64,000 nt of DNA from Thalassobaculaceae bacterium (GCA_963665555.2 CAXXXW010000001.1:1914-65913), one strand, 5' to 3'; counted from the stretch's first letter, positions 38,747 through 49,353 are shown. Notes: generated by a model from the sequence alone, not told the origin. Numbers and translations: made by a program.

Positions 38747-40000
38747 ATGCCCAGATTCTCCTCCCCGTTCATGCGCGCGATGAGCGAGCGCGGCTTCGTC
38801 CACCAGGCGACGGACGCGGCCGGCCTCGACGAACTCATGCGCAACAAGACCGTCACCGCCTATGTCGGCTTCGACTGCACGGCCGACAGCCTGCATATCG
38901 GCAGCCTGGCGCCGATCATGATGCTGCGCCACCTGCAGCGGTGCGGCCACCGGCCGATCGTGCTGATGGGCGGCGGCACCACCAAGGTGGGCGACCCCTC
39001 CGGGCGCGACGACACGCGCCGGCTGCTGGGCGACGAGGACATCGAGCGCAACAAGGCCGGCATCCGGCGGATTTTCGAGCGCTACCTCGACTTCGGCGAC
39101 GGTCCGGCCGACGCGGTGATGTGCGACAACGACGAATGGCTTTCGGGCCTGCGCTACATCCCGTTCCTGCGCAAGGTGGGGCGGCATTTCTCGGTCAACC
39201 GGATGCTGTCCTTCGACAGCGTGAAGTCGCGGCTGGACCGCGAGCAGCCGCTTTCCTTCCTCGAATTCAACTACATGATCCTCCAGGCCTACGACTTCCT
39301 GGAGCTGCGGCGGCGCTACGGCTGCGAGTTGCAGATGGGCGGCTCGGACCAGTGGGGCAACATCGTGAACGGCGTGGAGCTGGCGCGGCGGATCGACCGG
39401 CAGACGATCCACGGCCTGACCACGCCGCTGATCGTGACCTCCTCGGGCGCGAAGATGGGCAAGACCGCGAAGGGCGCGGTCTGGCTCAACGCCGAAAGGC
39501 TCGGCCCCTACGAGTTCTGGCAGTTCTGGCGCAACACGGAGGACGGCGACGTGGGCCGTTTCCTGCGGCTCTTCACCGACTTGCCGCTGGCGGAGGTCGC
39601 GCGGCTGGAGACGCTGGAGGGCGGGGAGCTGAACGACGCCAAGAAGGTCCTCGCCGACGAGGCGACCCGGCTCTGCCACGGCGCCGATGCGGCGGCGGCC
39701 GCCGCCCGGACGGCCCGCGAGACCTTCGAGGAGGGCGCGGCCGCCGGCGGCCTGCCGACGGTGGAAGTGTCGCGGGAGGACTTCGCGGCCGGCCTCTGGG
39801 TGGTCGAGGCGCTGCGCCGGGCCGGCCTCGCGGCGTCGAACGGCGAGGCGCGCCGCCTGATCGGCAACGGCGGCGCGAGGGTCAACGACATCGCCGTCGG
39901 CGACGAGCGCCTGAAGCTCGGCGTCGCGGACCTGAACGCCGACGGCGTGGTGAAACTGTCCTCCGGCCGCAAGCGCCACGCGCTGCTGCGCGCCGCTTAG
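38747..40000 (+). CDS. tyrS: Tyrosine--tRNA ligase.
   Basis: Class I HIGH variant [13 protein letters not shown] variant [18 protein letters not shown]-terminal S4-like [18 protein letters not shown]. Confidence 0.92.
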   Translation: MPRFSSPFMRAMSERGFVHQATDAAGLDELMRNKTVTAYVGFDCTADSLHIGSLAPIMMLRHLQRCGHRPIVLMGGGTTKVGDPSGRDDTRRLLGDEDIERNKAGIRRIFERYLDFGDGPADAVMCDNDEWLSGLRYIPFLRKVGRHFSVNRMLSFDSVKSRLDREQPLSFLEFNYMILQAYDFLELRRRYGCELQMGGSDQWGNIVNGVELARRIDRQTIHGLTTPLIVTSSGAKMGKTAKGAVWLNAERLGPYEFWQFWRNTEDGDVGRFLRLFTDLPLAEVARLETLEGGELNDAKKVLADEATRLCHGADAAAAAARTARETFEEGAAAGGLPTVEVSREDFAAGLWVVEALRRAGLAASNGEARRLIGNGGARVNDIAVGDERLKLGVADLNADGVVKLSSGRKRHALLRAA

Positions 40001-43000
40001 CCGGGATCGTTCCCGCCGGACTCCCCGCCGCCGGCCGGCGCGGCGCGCCTCGCGGCGCCGCCCGACGCCTTGAACAGGTCGCGCAGGAAGCCCGGCGCGA
40101 GCGCGGTCAGCGGGTTGATCGTCACCCGGGGGTCGTCGAGCGGGCCGCGCAGCAGGAACTGCGTGGCGAACAGCCCCTCCTTCTCCCCGCCGGTAATCGC
40201 GCGGCCGAGGATCGGGATCCTGTCCAGCACCCGGCTCAGGACGGCGATCGGCACGATCATGCCGTCGATCTCCGCCACGCCCGTCGTCCGGTCGTACCGC
40301 CCGCTCGCCGAGATGCCGAGCGACGGCCCGCGGGCCAGCAATTCGCGGATTTCCACCTCCCCGGGAGAGGTCGCCACGGCGGCGTCGAGCCGGTCGAAGC
40401 GGATGCCGTTGCCCCGCAGGATGTCCAGCAGGCCGGTCAGGGAGGCCGCGCCGAGCAGCCGGGCGAGAAGCGGCGCGTCGACGAGTTCGAACTCCTCGAT
40501 GGAGAGGTTGCCCGTCATGCGCCGGCCCGGACTCCCGCCCCCGAGCTTCCCGGACAGCCGCAGGCGGCCGCCCCGCATCGATTCGACCAGGCCGAGGCCC
40601 CGGAGAAGCCGGCCCGCGTCCTCTCCCCGCGCCTCGAAGGTCCGTTCGCCGCCGCGGTCCCTGTAGTCGAGGGAGACCGGCTTGCCGCCCGCCAGGCCGT
40701 CCAGCCGCAGGTCGCTGTCGCCCGTCCCGTCGCGCTTCAGCGACAGGCGCGCGTCGGCGACCGGCGGCAGGTCGCCGGCGACGACAAGTTCGTCGAACCG
40801 CGCCTCGGCGGCGAAGCTTGGCCCCGGCCCGCCGCCGCCCGGCCCGCCGCCGCCCGAACCGGCGGCGCGCAGGAAACGGCGCAGGTCGAGGCGGGAGCCG
40901 CGCAGCGCGGCGCGGTAGGCGTAGGGGCCGCCGGCGATCGCCTCGATCGTTCCCCTGGCGTCGTTGTTCCCCAGTTTCGCCTCGTCGATGCGCGCGCGGC
41001 GCAGGCCGCCGCCCGGCCGGTCGAATTCGAGGCCGAAATCGGCCCGCAGGTCGCCGGCCGCGAGCGAGGCCGAGGGCACGGCCGCGAGTTCGCCGTCGCG
41101 CAGCTCCAGCGCGAGCCGCAGCCGGCCGGCCGCGCCCGCCGGCTTGCGCCAGTCCAGATCCGGGATTTCGACGCGCGCCTCGCGCAGGTCGAGCGCGATC
41201 CGCGCCTCCGCGCGCCCGTCGCCATGTTCGGACAGTTCCGCCTCGACGCCGGCCGGCCCCTCGACCCGGGCGAAGTCCGGCAGGCCCATCGCGCGCAGTT
41301 CCGCGCCCTCGATCCGCGTCTTCACCGTTTGGAGCCGCCGGGGGCCGGCGCCCGGGGCGAACTTCTCCTCCAGCGCGACGGTGGCCGGCCGGCCGTCCAC
41401 CGCGCCCGTCCCCGCGATCCGCATCCCGTCCCCGTCGAGCGCCAGCGTCAGGTTCGCGCCGGAGAGCGGCCGGCCGGCGGCGATGCCGGGCGCGCCCACG
41501 CCTTCGAGCCTGCCCTCGACGGAATACGCGACCTCCTCCAGGCGCAGCCGCGCCAGCAGCGGGAAGGCGAAGCGCAGCGTCGCCTCCCCCGCGCCCTCAA
41601 CGGCCGCGGCGTCGAGGCCGACCCGTTCCGCCAGCCGGATCGATTCGTGGTCGAGCACGCCGAGGGCCGCGCGCAACGGCCCGCGCGCCCGCACCTCGAT
41701 GTCCGCGCGCGGCAGGCGGCGGTCGAGGTCGAGCAGCCGGACGCGCGTGCCGGCCAGGTCGATCCCCTCCAGCCGCGCCGCCGCGATGTCGATCTCCATG
41801 CTGTTTTCGTCGTAAACCGCGCGCCCCTCCGCGCCCGTCGCCGGGGGCAGGGGCCGGCGGTAATGCGCCGTCGTCCCGGCGAACGCGATCTCGCCGCCGA
41901 GCTCCCGCAGGGCGAAACCGGACGGGTCCGCGAAGTCGAGCGTTCCGGCGAGCCGCGTCGTCGCGGCCGAAACGGTTCCGCCTTCGAGGTTGGACGCCAC
42001 CCAGGCGCGGGCGTTGCCGCCGAGGCCGGGCGGCCAGCGCTCGCCGATCCCGTCCACCGGGAAGTCGCGCAGCGTTGCCTCGACCTCCACCGCCGCGAGG
42101 CCGGAAATGTCGCGCGCCGTCGCCGAGGCGGAGAGGGTCGAGGGGCCGAATCGGATTTCCAGCGACTCGACCTCCGCCGTTCCCGCCGCCGCGTCCCAGG
42201 ACGCCGCGAGGGCCAGCCGGTCGAAGGCGAGCGGGCGCGGGTCCAGCGCGGGCAGCGCGAGGTCGCCCGCGCCCGCCGCGAGCGATACGTCCGCCCGGAG
42301 GGGTTCGAGTCCGAGCGACAGCCGGAACTCCGCCGTTGCGTCCGCATGGGCGGCGAGCGACACGAATTCCGCGAGTTCGGGCCACGACCGCGCCGCGAGC
42401 GCGAGCGGAACCCCCCTCAGCGCCACCGTCCCGGCCGTCCGGCCCGTCGCGCCGGCGCGACTCGCTTCCAGATCGACGCCGAAGGCGCCGCCGTCGATCC
42501 GCGCGGCGGCGGCGAAGGATATGTCCAGGTCCGCGCCGCGTCGCCGGAGCGTCGCGTTCGCGTCGTCGAAGGCGAGCGGCGGCCGGCCCGGCGGCGCGAT
42601 CTCGACGGAGGCGCCCGTGAGTTCGATCTCGCCCGGACCCGCGATCCCCCCGGCCGCGTCCCCCGGCGCGCCCGCCATGCCCAGCAGCGCCGCGAGCGCT
42701 CGGGGGTCCGCCGCCGCGCCGTCGCCGCCGGCGGGCGGGGCAAGGCGAATCCGCGCCCCTTCCGCCGAGACGCGCGCCGGCTCCGCCCGCCCGGCCGCCA
42801 GCGCGCGGACCGACAGCGCGATCGACGCCTCCGGCGCCTCGATCCCGACGCTCCCGTCGGGGCTGGAGATCCGGATGTCGCGAATCGAGATGTCGAACAG
42901 CCGCCGCCAGCCGCGCCAGGTCAGCACCGGCTCCCCGATCTCCACGCGCAGGGACCGGCCGGGCGACGCCAGCGCGTCCTGGATCAGGGGGCGGGCGAAT

Positions 43001-43116
43001 TCCAGGGAAACCGGGCCGGAGTTGACCCGCCAGGCCAGCAACAGGATCGCGGCCGCCGCCGCCAGGACCGACAGGCCGAGGATTTTGAGGGTCGCGTTGA
43101 CGATCTTGCCGATCAT
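39997..43116 (-). CDS. Large AsmA/YhdP-like membrane-anchored protein (DUF3971 / AsmA-like C-terminal type).
   Basis: 1039 aa. N-terminal [20 protein letters not shown], a long Ala/Gly/Arg-rich beta-rich body, and a conserved C-terminus [11 protein letters not shown]...[23 protein letters not shown]. 4-nt overlap with the tyrS stop on the opposite strand. Confidence 0.6.
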   Translation of the reverse strand: MIGKIVNATLKILGLSVLAAAAAILLLAWRVNSGPVSLEFARPLIQDALASPGRSLRVEIGEPVLTWRGWRRLFDISIRDIRISSPDGSVGIEAPEASIALSVRALAAGRAEPARVSAEGARIRLAPPAGGDGAAADPRALAALLGMAGAPGDAAGGIAGPGEIELTGASVEIAPPGRPPLAFDDANATLRRRGADLDISFAAAARIDGGAFGVDLEASRAGATGRTAGTVALRGVPLALAARSWPELAEFVSLAAHADATAEFRLSLGLEPLRADVSLAAGAGDLALPALDPRPLAFDRLALAASWDAAAGTAEVESLEIRFGPSTLSASATARDISGLAAVEVEATLRDFPVDGIGERWPPGLGGNARAWVASNLEGGTVSAATTRLAGTLDFADPSGFALRELGGEIAFAGTTAHYRRPLPPATGAEGRAVYDENSMEIDIAAARLEGIDLAGTRVRLLDLDRRLPRADIEVRARGPLRAALGVLDHESIRLAERVGLDAAAVEGAGEATLRFAFPLLARLRLEEVAYSVEGRLEGVGAPGIAAGRPLSGANLTLALDGDGMRIAGTGAVDGRPATVALEEKFAPGAGPRRLQTVKTRIEGAELRAMGLPDFARVEGPAGVEAELSEHGDGRAEARIALDLREARVEIPDLDWRKPAGAAGRLRLALELRDGELAAVPSASLAAGDLRADFGLEFDRPGGGLRRARIDEAKLGNNDARGTIEAIAGGPYAYRAALRGSRLDLRRFLRAAGSGGGGPGGGGPGPSFAAEARFDELVVAGDLPPVADARLSLKRDGTGDSDLRLDGLAGGKPVSLDYRDRGGERTFEARGEDAGRLLRGLGLVESMRGGRLRLSGKLGGGSPGRRMTGNLSIEEFELVDAPLLARLLGAASLTGLLDILRGNGIRFDRLDAAVATSPGEVEIRELLARGPSLGISASGRYDRTTGVAEIDGMIVPIAVLSRVLDRIPILGRAITGGEKEGLFATQFLLRGPLDDPRVTINPLTALAPGFLRDLFKASGGAARRAAPAGGGESGGNDPG

Positions 43117-43283
43117 GCCCCCGTCCCCTCCGCGCGCCGCCGGCCGCGTCCGCGCAATGTAGCACGCGGCGCCGTTCCGGGGCAGGGGCCGGCTTGACTC
43201 CGCCGCGCCGGGCGCGAAGATCGCCTCGCGCGCGGGCCGGGCGGGCCGCGCCGCATGGCGGGAGCGGAAACGGGAGGGGAGCG

Positions 43284-43760
43284 ATGACGCTATCGGTCGG
43301 GGACAAGGCGCCGGACTTCGCCATGCCGGCGGACGGCGGCGGCGAGGTGTCGCTGGCCGCGCTCGCCGGCAAGGCGGCGGTGCTCTATTTCTACCCTAGG
43401 GACGACACGCCCGGATGCACGACCGAGGCCCGGGGCTTCCGCGACGCGATCGGCGATTTCGCGGCCGCCGGGGTCGAGATCGTCGGCGTCTCGAAGGACA
43501 CGGTCGCGAAACACGACAGGTTCAAGGCCAAGCACGGCCTGCCCTTCGCGCTCGGCTCCGACGCCGACGGGCGCGCGTGCGAGGCCTACGGGACCTGGGT
43601 CGAGAAGTCGATGTACGGGCGCACCTACATGGGGATCGAGCGGGCCACCTTCCTGATCGACCGCGAGGGCGTGCTGCGCGGCGTCTGGCGCAAGGTCAAG
43701 GTGAAGGGCCATGTCGAGGAGGTCCTCGCCGCCGCCCGCGCGCTCCCCGGCCAGGCGTAG
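43284..43760 (+). CDS. bcp: Thiol peroxidase / peroxiredoxin Bcp.
   Basis: GDKAPDF, peroxidatic Cys context YFYPRDDTPGCTTEA, VGVSKD, RATFLIDREG. RBS gggagggga. Confidence 0.9.
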   Translation: MTLSVGDKAPDFAMPADGGGEVSLAALAGKAAVLYFYPRDDTPGCTTEARGFRDAIGDFAAAGVEIVGVSKDTVAKHDRFKAKHGLPFALGSDADGRACEAYGTWVEKSMYGRTYMGIERATFLIDREGVLRGVWRKVKVKGHVEEVLAAARALPGQA

Positions 43761-43959
43761 GCGCGGGGCGTCCGGAGCCGGGCGACTCGCCGCTTGATTT
43801 TTGGCGGCCCCCGCCGTAACCTTCGAACGGCGCTTGAGTCACGCTTACCCGGGGCTTCGGCCGCGCGAGGACAGTTAGCGACCCTCCAGGCGCCAATCCC
43901 CCCTCCCTTCGATTCGCTCGAACGACAGTCGCGCCGCGCCGGTTTCGATCCCGCCGGCG

Positions 43960-44442
43960 TCAGCCGTTCCCGCGGCCGTAGACCGTTTCCGGGTCGAACG
44001 CCTTCGCGGTCTCGGCGAACTCCAGCGGCGGCCGGCCGGGCGCCGCCGCGCCGCCCAGCGGGACCGAGCGGAAAAAGCAGGAGCGGTAACCGACATGGCA
44101 GGCCGCGCCGATCTGCTCGACGACCAGCCAGACCGAGTCCTGGTCGCAATCGATGCGGAGGTCGACCACCTTCTGGACATGGCCGCTGGTCTCGCCCTTG
44201 CGCCAGAGTTCGCCGCGCGAGCGGCTCCAGTAATGCGCCTCGCCGGTCTCGACGGTGCGGGCCAGGGCCTCGGCGTTCATCCAGGCGAGCATCAGCACCG
44301 CGCCGCTGGCGGCGTCGGTCGCCACGCAGGGCAGCAGGCCGGCGGCGTCGAACTTCGGCGCGAGGACGCGGCCCTCCTCCACCTCGGCGGCGTTTCCGCG
44401 CGGGGCGAAGAGGGCGGAGGCGGGGCGCGAGGGCGCTGTCAC
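43960..44442 (-). CDS. hisI: Phosphoribosyl-AMP cyclohydrolase.
   Basis: [51 protein letters not shown]. Confidence 0.9.
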   Translation of the reverse strand: MTAPSRPASALFAPRGNAAEVEEGRVLAPKFDAAGLLPCVATDAASGAVLMLAWMNAEALARTVETGEAHYWSRSRGELWRKGETSGHVQKVVDLRIDCDQDSVWLVVEQIGAACHVGYRSCFFRSVPLGGAAAPGRPPLEFAETAKAFDPETVYGRGNG

Positions 44443-44648
44443 GGACTGTCTCCCATCGGGTTCGCGCCGCTTCTACCGCGCCGCCGGGCGCGGCGGCAAT
44501 GCGGCAAGGCGTGGCGTGCAAGCGCCGGGATTGCGTTGACGCCGCCCGGTTTCGTGTATGGAATGATTGCACGAAGTCGATTGCAACCCGCGGACAGGAA
44601 AGCGTGGTCGCGGCTGGTGGCCGAGATCGAAAGGGAAGGGGCCGGAGA

Positions 44649-44837
44649 ATGACGACGGAGCGAACCCGGATCGGCCGCGAAGTGGAGTCGGCGCTCGAAG
44701 AGGTTCTCGCCCATGTCCGGGGCGAGAGGGCGCTTTCCGGCCGGACCGTGGAAGGGCCGGCTCCCGCCCGCCGTTCCGCGCCCTCGGCCCGGACTCCCCG
44801 GTCGCGGCCGGTTTCGGCCGGCGAACTCCGCGAATGA
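44649..44837 (+). pseudogene. Possible truncated XRE/HigA-like antitoxin remnant (62-aa ORF), preceded by a 29-aa toxin C-terminal-like stub at 44563-44652.
   Basis: The N-terminus MTTERTRIGREVESALEEVLAHVRGERALSGRTV resembles the leader that precedes the HTH in many HigA-type antitoxins; no intact HTH follows. The ATG overlaps the TGA of the upstream mini-ORF (gaATGAcg). Confidence 0.25.
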
Positions 44838-44850
44838 AGGGCGCGCGAGC

Positions 44851-45339
44851 CTACAATTCCACGCCGTAAAGCCGGCGGGGCATCCCGTAGAGGGGCGGGG
44901 CCGCGCCGGCCGGGCGCAGGCCGAGGGCGGCGCAGAGGGCGCGGGCGGCCGCCATCGGCTCGCCGAGGCGCAGGCAGAGGCCGGAGGCCCCGTCCGCGCG
45001 GGCGAGGTCGAGGCAGGCGACGGCGAGCGCGCGCCCGGCGCCGCGGCGGCGCTGCTCCGGCGCGACCGCCAGCGCGTGGATCGCGGCCCAGCCGGCGGGA
45101 GCGCCGTCCCCGGCCGTTCCCGCCTCGCGGTACACGGCGGCGCCGGCGAGGATCGCGCCGTCGGCGACGGCGACCAGCAACTCGCCGCCGTCGCGCAGCC
45201 GAACGGCGTCCGCGACGGCGCGCTCCAGTTCCGGCAAGGCGCCGGGCGCGAGGGCGGACTCGAACTCCCGGACGGTCCGCGCCGCCAGGAGCGCCGCCGT
45301 GTCGTACTCCTCCAGGAGCGCGTGGCGGACCGCGATCAC
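44851..45339 (-). CDS. GNAT-family N-acetyltransferase.
   Basis: Acetyl-CoA motif ALAVAPEQRRRGAGRALA. GTG 45339 overlaps the soxG stop (GTGA). Confidence 0.7.
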   Translation of the reverse strand: MIAVRHALLEEYDTAALLAARTVREFESALAPGALPELERAVADAVRLRDGGELLVAVADGAILAGAAVYREAGTAGDGAPAGWAAIHALAVAPEQRRRGAGRALAVACLDLARADGASGLCLRLGEPMAAARALCAALGLRPAGAAPPLYGMPRRLYGVEL

Positions 45340-45962
45340 GGGCCGGGGGCCGGGTCCGGCGCCTCGATGCGGACGCCGTATTCCCGGCCGGCGTCCAGCA
45401 GCCACTCCCACAGGTAGGCGGCGAAGCTGGCGCGGACCAGGATGTCGTAGGCCGGCGTGTCGTCCACCTGCCAGAACGCCACGGACGCCTTCGCCAGGCG
45501 GGACTGCGCCGCGCTTCCGGGGCCGAAGACGCGGGGATGCAGGTCGATGGCGCAGCCCTTGGCCATGACGGCCCGCGCCCGCGGTCCCGACAGCCGGACG
45601 ACCGTCGCGTTGTCGCTCACGACCGTCGCGGCGTGGCGGACGCCCGCCAGCGCCTCCTCCAGGGCCGCCGCGAGCGCCTCCTCCCCGTCCGGCGGGACGA
45701 CGACGAGCCACTCGTCCGGCCCCAGCCAGACGACCGCGCGTTCTCCGGCGGCGACCCAGGAGTTCGGCGCGGCCGGGGGCGCGGCGCCGATCGCCCGGCC
45801 GGCGGCGTCGGCGAAACCCGCGTCCGCGATGTCGCCGCGCAGGACCAGCTTGCCGAGATGCGGGCGCTCGCGCAGCACGATGCCGGCATCCGCCGGACCC
45901 CCGGCCGGGCCGATCGCGCCGTCGAGCGGGGAGCGGGCGGGGATGCCGGTCGCGTCAGCCAT
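45336..45962 (-). CDS. soxG: Sarcosine oxidase subunit gamma.
   Basis: 208 aa in the last position of soxBDAG, overlapping the soxA end by 8 nt. Typical LGKLVLRGD...VWLGPDEWLVV...SVAFWQVDD. Confidence 0.8.
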   Translation of the reverse strand: MADATGIPARSPLDGAIGPAGGPADAGIVLRERPHLGKLVLRGDIADAGFADAAGRAIGAAPPAAPNSWVAAGERAVVWLGPDEWLVVVPPDGEEALAAALEEALAGVRHAATVVSDNATVVRLSGPRARAVMAKGCAIDLHPRVFGPGSAAQSRLAKASVAFWQVDDTPAYDILVRASFAAYLWEWLLDAGREYGVRIEAPDPAPGP

Positions 45963-48900
45963 CGATCCGGCTCCCCTCCAGGTCGAAGAACCGCGGCTCC
46001 ACGACCCTGGCCCGGATCGTCTTGCGCGCGAGCGGGACGCTCACCGTCTCGCCCATGCGGGCGCGGCCGCCCTTCACGAGCGCCATGGCGATGGAGCGCC
46101 CGCAATTCGGGCTGTTGTAGCTCGACGTGACATGGCCGATCATCGCCATCGGCGGGCGCGGCCGGACGGCCTCGACGATCTGCGCGCCCTCCGGCAGCAC
46201 CTCCTCCGGGTCCTCGGTCAGCAGGCCGACCAGCTGCTTGCGGTCGTCGCGGAGCATGTCGCGCCTGGAGAGCGCCCGCTTGCCCACGAAGTCCGGCTTG
46301 GTCTTGGACACGATCCAGTCCATGCCGAGGTCGTGCGGCGTCACCGTGCCGTCGGTCTCCTGGCCGACGACGATGAATCCCTTCTCGGCGCGCAGCACAT
46401 GCATCGCCTCGGTCCCGTAGGGGCAGATCCCGTATTTCTCGCCCGCCGCCATCAGCGCCTCCCAGAGCGCGAGGCCGTGGCGGCGCGGAACGTTGACCTC
46501 GAAGCTCAACTCGCCGGTGAAGGAGATGCGGAACACCCGGGCCGGGACGCCGGCCACCGTTCCCTCGCGCATCGACATGAAGGGGAAGGCGTCGCGCGAC
46601 AGGTCGATGTCCGGGCAGAGTTCGGCCAGCAGGTCGCGGCTCCGCGGCCCGCAGATCGCGGCGACGGCCCAGTGCTCGGTGACCGAGGTCGCGTACACGT
46701 CGAGGTCCGGCCATTCGGTCTGGAGCCACTCCTCCAGCCAGTCGAGCACGCCGGCCGCGCCGCCGGTGGTGGTGGTCATGTGGAAGCGGTTTTCGGACAG
46801 GCGCACGGTCACGCCGTCGTCCATGACCATGCCGTCTTCCTTCAGCATCAACCCGTAGCGCGCGCGGCCCGGCGCCAGCCGGAGCCAGTTGTTGGTGTAG
46901 ACGCGGTTCAGGAACTCCGCCGCGTCGGCGCCCTGGATGTCGATCTTGCCGAGCGTCGAGGCGTCGAGGACGCCGACGCCCTCGCGCGCCGCCCGGACCT
47001 CGCGGTCCACCGCCTGGCGCATCGTCTCGCCGTCCCTGGGGTAGTACCAGGCGCGCATCCACTGCCCGACATGCTCGAAGCGGGCGCCGGCGCGGCGGTG
47101 CCACGGGTCCATGGCGGTGGCGCGGACCGGGTCGAACAGCGGGCCGATGTCGCGCCCGGCATAGGCTCCGACGGTGGCCGGCGTGTAGGGGGGGCGGAAG
47201 GTCGTGTGGCCGACGGCGGGAATCTCGGCGCCGAGGACCTCGCCGAGGATGGCGAGCGCGTTGACGTTCGAGGTCTTGCCCTGGTCGGTGCCCATGCCGG
47301 CGGTGGTGTAGCGCTTCAGGTGCTCGACCGAACGGTAGCCCTCCCGCGCGGCGAGATGGACATCGGCGGCGGTCACGTCGTTCTGGAAATCGACGAAATG
47401 CCAGTCGCCCCGGTCCGGCCGCTTCTTGCCGGGGATCGCGCGGAGCGGGCGCGCCGGGCCTTGCGCCGGCTCGACGGCATGGGGCGGGGCCGACGGCGAG
47501 GCGGGGGAATGCCCGGTCGCGCGCGCGGCCTCGGCCCCCGCCGCGAAGCCCTGCTCCAGGCATTCCGCCAGCGTCGCCGCGCCGTTGCACGCGCCGGCCG
47601 AGGCCTCCGCCTGGGCCGACGCGCCGGGGACGAAGGCGTCGCGCGCCTCGTCCCAGCGCGGCCTGCCGCCGCTCTGCGAGAACAGGTGGACGGCCGGCGT
47701 CCAGCCGCCGGAGACCGCGAGCGCGTCGCACGCGACCGCGCGCGGCGTCCCCGCCAGCGCGCCGCCGTCGGATGTCAGCGGCGCGATCTCGATCCGCGAA
47801 ATCCGCCGCCGGCCGGCGGTCGCGACGACGCCGTGGCCGGGATGGACGGCAAGGCCGGCGGCGCGCGCCGCCTCCACGAGTTCGCCCGCGGGGTTCGGCC
47901 GGAGGTCGACGATGGCCGGGACCGCCACCCCGCGTTCCGCGAGCGCCAGCGCGGTGCGGTAGGCGTCGTCGTTGTTGGCGAACACCGCGACGCGGCGGCC
48001 CGGCGTCGCGCCGTAACGGACGGCGTAGCCGCGCGCGGCCGAGGACAGAAGGATGCCCGGCCGGTCGTTGTCGGCGAAGACGAGCGGGCGCTCATGCGCG
48101 CCGGCGGCCAGGACGACGCGCCTGGCCCGCACCTTCCAGAGCCGCCGCCGGGGCGCGCCCGCGCCGGCCGAGGCGCCGTCGCGCCGCTCCAGCACGGTCA
48201 GGTAGTTGTGGTCGTAGTAGCCGGTCACGGTCGCGCGGGGCAGCAGCGTGACCTCCGGCGCCGCCTCCAGCGCGGCCACCGTCCGCCGGACCCACTCCGC
48301 CGCCGGCGCGCCGTCGATCTCGCGGCCGGGATCGCCCAGCAGGCTTCCGCCGAACTCCGCCTGCTCGTCGGCGAGGATCACCCGCGCGCCGGCCGCGCCC
48401 GCCGCCAGCGCCGCCGCCAGCCCAGCCGGCCCGCCGCCCGCGACCAGCACGTCGCAATGGGCGTGCATCTTGTCGTAACGGTCCGGGTCCGGCCCCGGCG
48501 GCGCCTTGCCGAGGCCGGCGGCGCGGCGGATCAGGTATTCGTATTTCAGCCACCAGCTTTGCGGCCACATGAAGGTCTTGTAGTAGAAACCGGCCGGGAT
48601 CAGCCGGTGCAGGAGCGTGTTGACCGCGCCGATGTCGAACGCCAGCGAGGGCCAGCGGTTCTGGCTCGCCGCGACCAGGCCGTCGTGGAGTTCGACCGCG
48701 GTGGCGCGCGCGTTCGGCTCCGTCGCGTTGCCGACGCCGATCTGGACCAGCGCGTTCGGCTCCTCCGCGCCGAGGCCGAGGATGCCGCGCGGACGGTGGT
48801 ACTTGAAGCTTCGCCCGACGGTGTGCACGCCGTTGGCCACCAGCGCCGAGGCCAGCGTGTCGCCGCGATAGCCCTCCAGGACGCGGCCGTCGAAGCGGAA

Positions 48901-48963
48901 GCGCAGCGGCGCCCGCCGGTCGATCCGGCCCCCGGACTCCAGGCGGTAGGGCTGCGCGTTCAC
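45955..48963 (-). CDS. soxA: Sarcosine oxidase subunit alpha.
   Basis: GTG 48963 overlaps the soxD stop (GTGA). FRFDGRVLEGYRGDTLASALVANG, SFKYHRPRGI, VLVAGGGPAGLAAA. C-terminal aminomethyltransferase-like folate domain (GKIDIQG..., YGTEAMHVLRAEKG). Confidence 0.9.
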   Translation of the reverse strand: MNAQPYRLESGGRIDRRAPLRFRFDGRVLEGYRGDTLASALVANGVHTVGRSFKYHRPRGILGLGAEEPNALVQIGVGNATEPNARATAVELHDGLVAASQNRWPSLAFDIGAVNTLLHRLIPAGFYYKTFMWPQSWWLKYEYLIRRAAGLGKAPPGPDPDRYDKMHAHCDVLVAGGGPAGLAAALAAGAAGARVILADEQAEFGGSLLGDPGREIDGAPAAEWVRRTVAALEAAPEVTLLPRATVTGYYDHNYLTVLERRDGASAGAGAPRRRLWKVRARRVVLAAGAHERPLVFADNDRPGILLSSAARGYAVRYGATPGRRVAVFANNDDAYRTALALAERGVAVPAIVDLRPNPAGELVEAARAAGLAVHPGHGVVATAGRRRISRIEIAPLTSDGGALAGTPRAVACDALAVSGGWTPAVHLFSQSGGRPRWDEARDAFVPGASAQAEASAGACNGAATLAECLEQGFAAGAEAARATGHSPASPSAPPHAVEPAQGPARPLRAIPGKKRPDRGDWHFVDFQNDVTAADVHLAAREGYRSVEHLKRYTTAGMGTDQGKTSNVNALAILGEVLGAEIPAVGHTTFRPPYTPATVGAYAGRDIGPLFDPVRATAMDPWHRRAGARFEHVGQWMRAWYYPRDGETMRQAVDREVRAAREGVGVLDASTLGKIDIQGADAAEFLNRVYTNNWLRLAPGRARYGLMLKEDGMVMDDGVTVRLSENRFHMTTTTGGAAGVLDWLEEWLQTEWPDLDVYATSVTEHWAVAAICGPRSRDLLAELCPDIDLSRDAFPFMSMREGTVAGVPARVFRISFTGELSFEVNVPRRHGLALWEALMAAGEKYGICPYGTEAMHVLRAEKGFIVVGQETDGTVTPHDLGMDWIVSKTKPDFVGKRALSRRDMLRDDRKQLVGLLTEDPEEVLPEGAQIVEAVRPRPPMAMIGHVTSSYNSPNCGRSIAMALVKGGRARMGETVSVPLARKTIRARVVEPRFFDLEGSRIDG

Positions 48964-49343
48964 GGCGCGCCCCCGTCCTCGGCCGAGCCGCCGTTCCCGG
49001 CCGGGGCGAGCGCGTTCCGCTCGGCCTCGCTGTCGCGGCGCCAGTTGGCGGCGTAAGCGGCGCGGCCGGCCTCGCTCCGGGGCCGTTCGCCCATCGGGTA
49101 GACCTCGACCACCTCGTTGGTCGCCGTGTCGCGCAGGATGTTGAACCAGCGCCGGCAGCCCTGGGCGTGGCTCCACCGCTCCAGGTGCAAGCCCCTGGGG
49201 TTCTGGCGCAGGAAGAGGTATTCGGCGAACGCCTCGTCCGACAGCGCCGCCGGGTCGCGCGGCCGGACGATATGGGCCTCGCCGCCGTAGTGGAACTCGG
49301 CGTCGTCGCGCGGGCCGCACCAGGGACAGTCGATCAGGAGCAT
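48960..49343 (-). CDS. soxD: Sarcosine oxidase subunit delta.
   Basis: MLLIDCPWCGPRDDAEFHYGGEAH...WSHAQGCRRWFN (Zn-binding Cys/His pattern). Confidence 0.88.
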   Translation of the reverse strand: MLLIDCPWCGPRDDAEFHYGGEAHIVRPRDPAALSDEAFAEYLFLRQNPRGLHLERWSHAQGCRRWFNILRDTATNEVVEVYPMGERPRSEAGRAAYAANWRRDSEAERNALAPAGNGGSAEDGGAP

Positions 49344-49353
49344 CCCGCCCTCC

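Noticed and set aside
38281-43197. A 1638-aa plus-strand ORF overlapping tyrS and antisense to the AsmA-like gene.
   Set aside because: It has extreme Arg/Pro/Gly composition and no recognisable motif. It overlaps tyrS in another frame. The opposite strand encodes a protein with a TM anchor and a conserved C-terminus.
43921-43962. A tRNA-like T-arm string, ggtttcgatcc, flanked by complementary cgccgg/ccggcg.
   Set aside because: The loop would be 11 nt instead of 7. No acceptor, D or anticodon arm can be drawn from the flanking sequence. It is better explained as a hairpin just after the hisI stop.
45457-49056. A 1199-aa plus-strand ORF across the sox operon.
   Set aside because: It is antisense to soxA, soxG and soxD, which carry clear sarcosine-oxidase motifs. 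Its own composition is low-complexity and Arg/Ala/Gly-rich.
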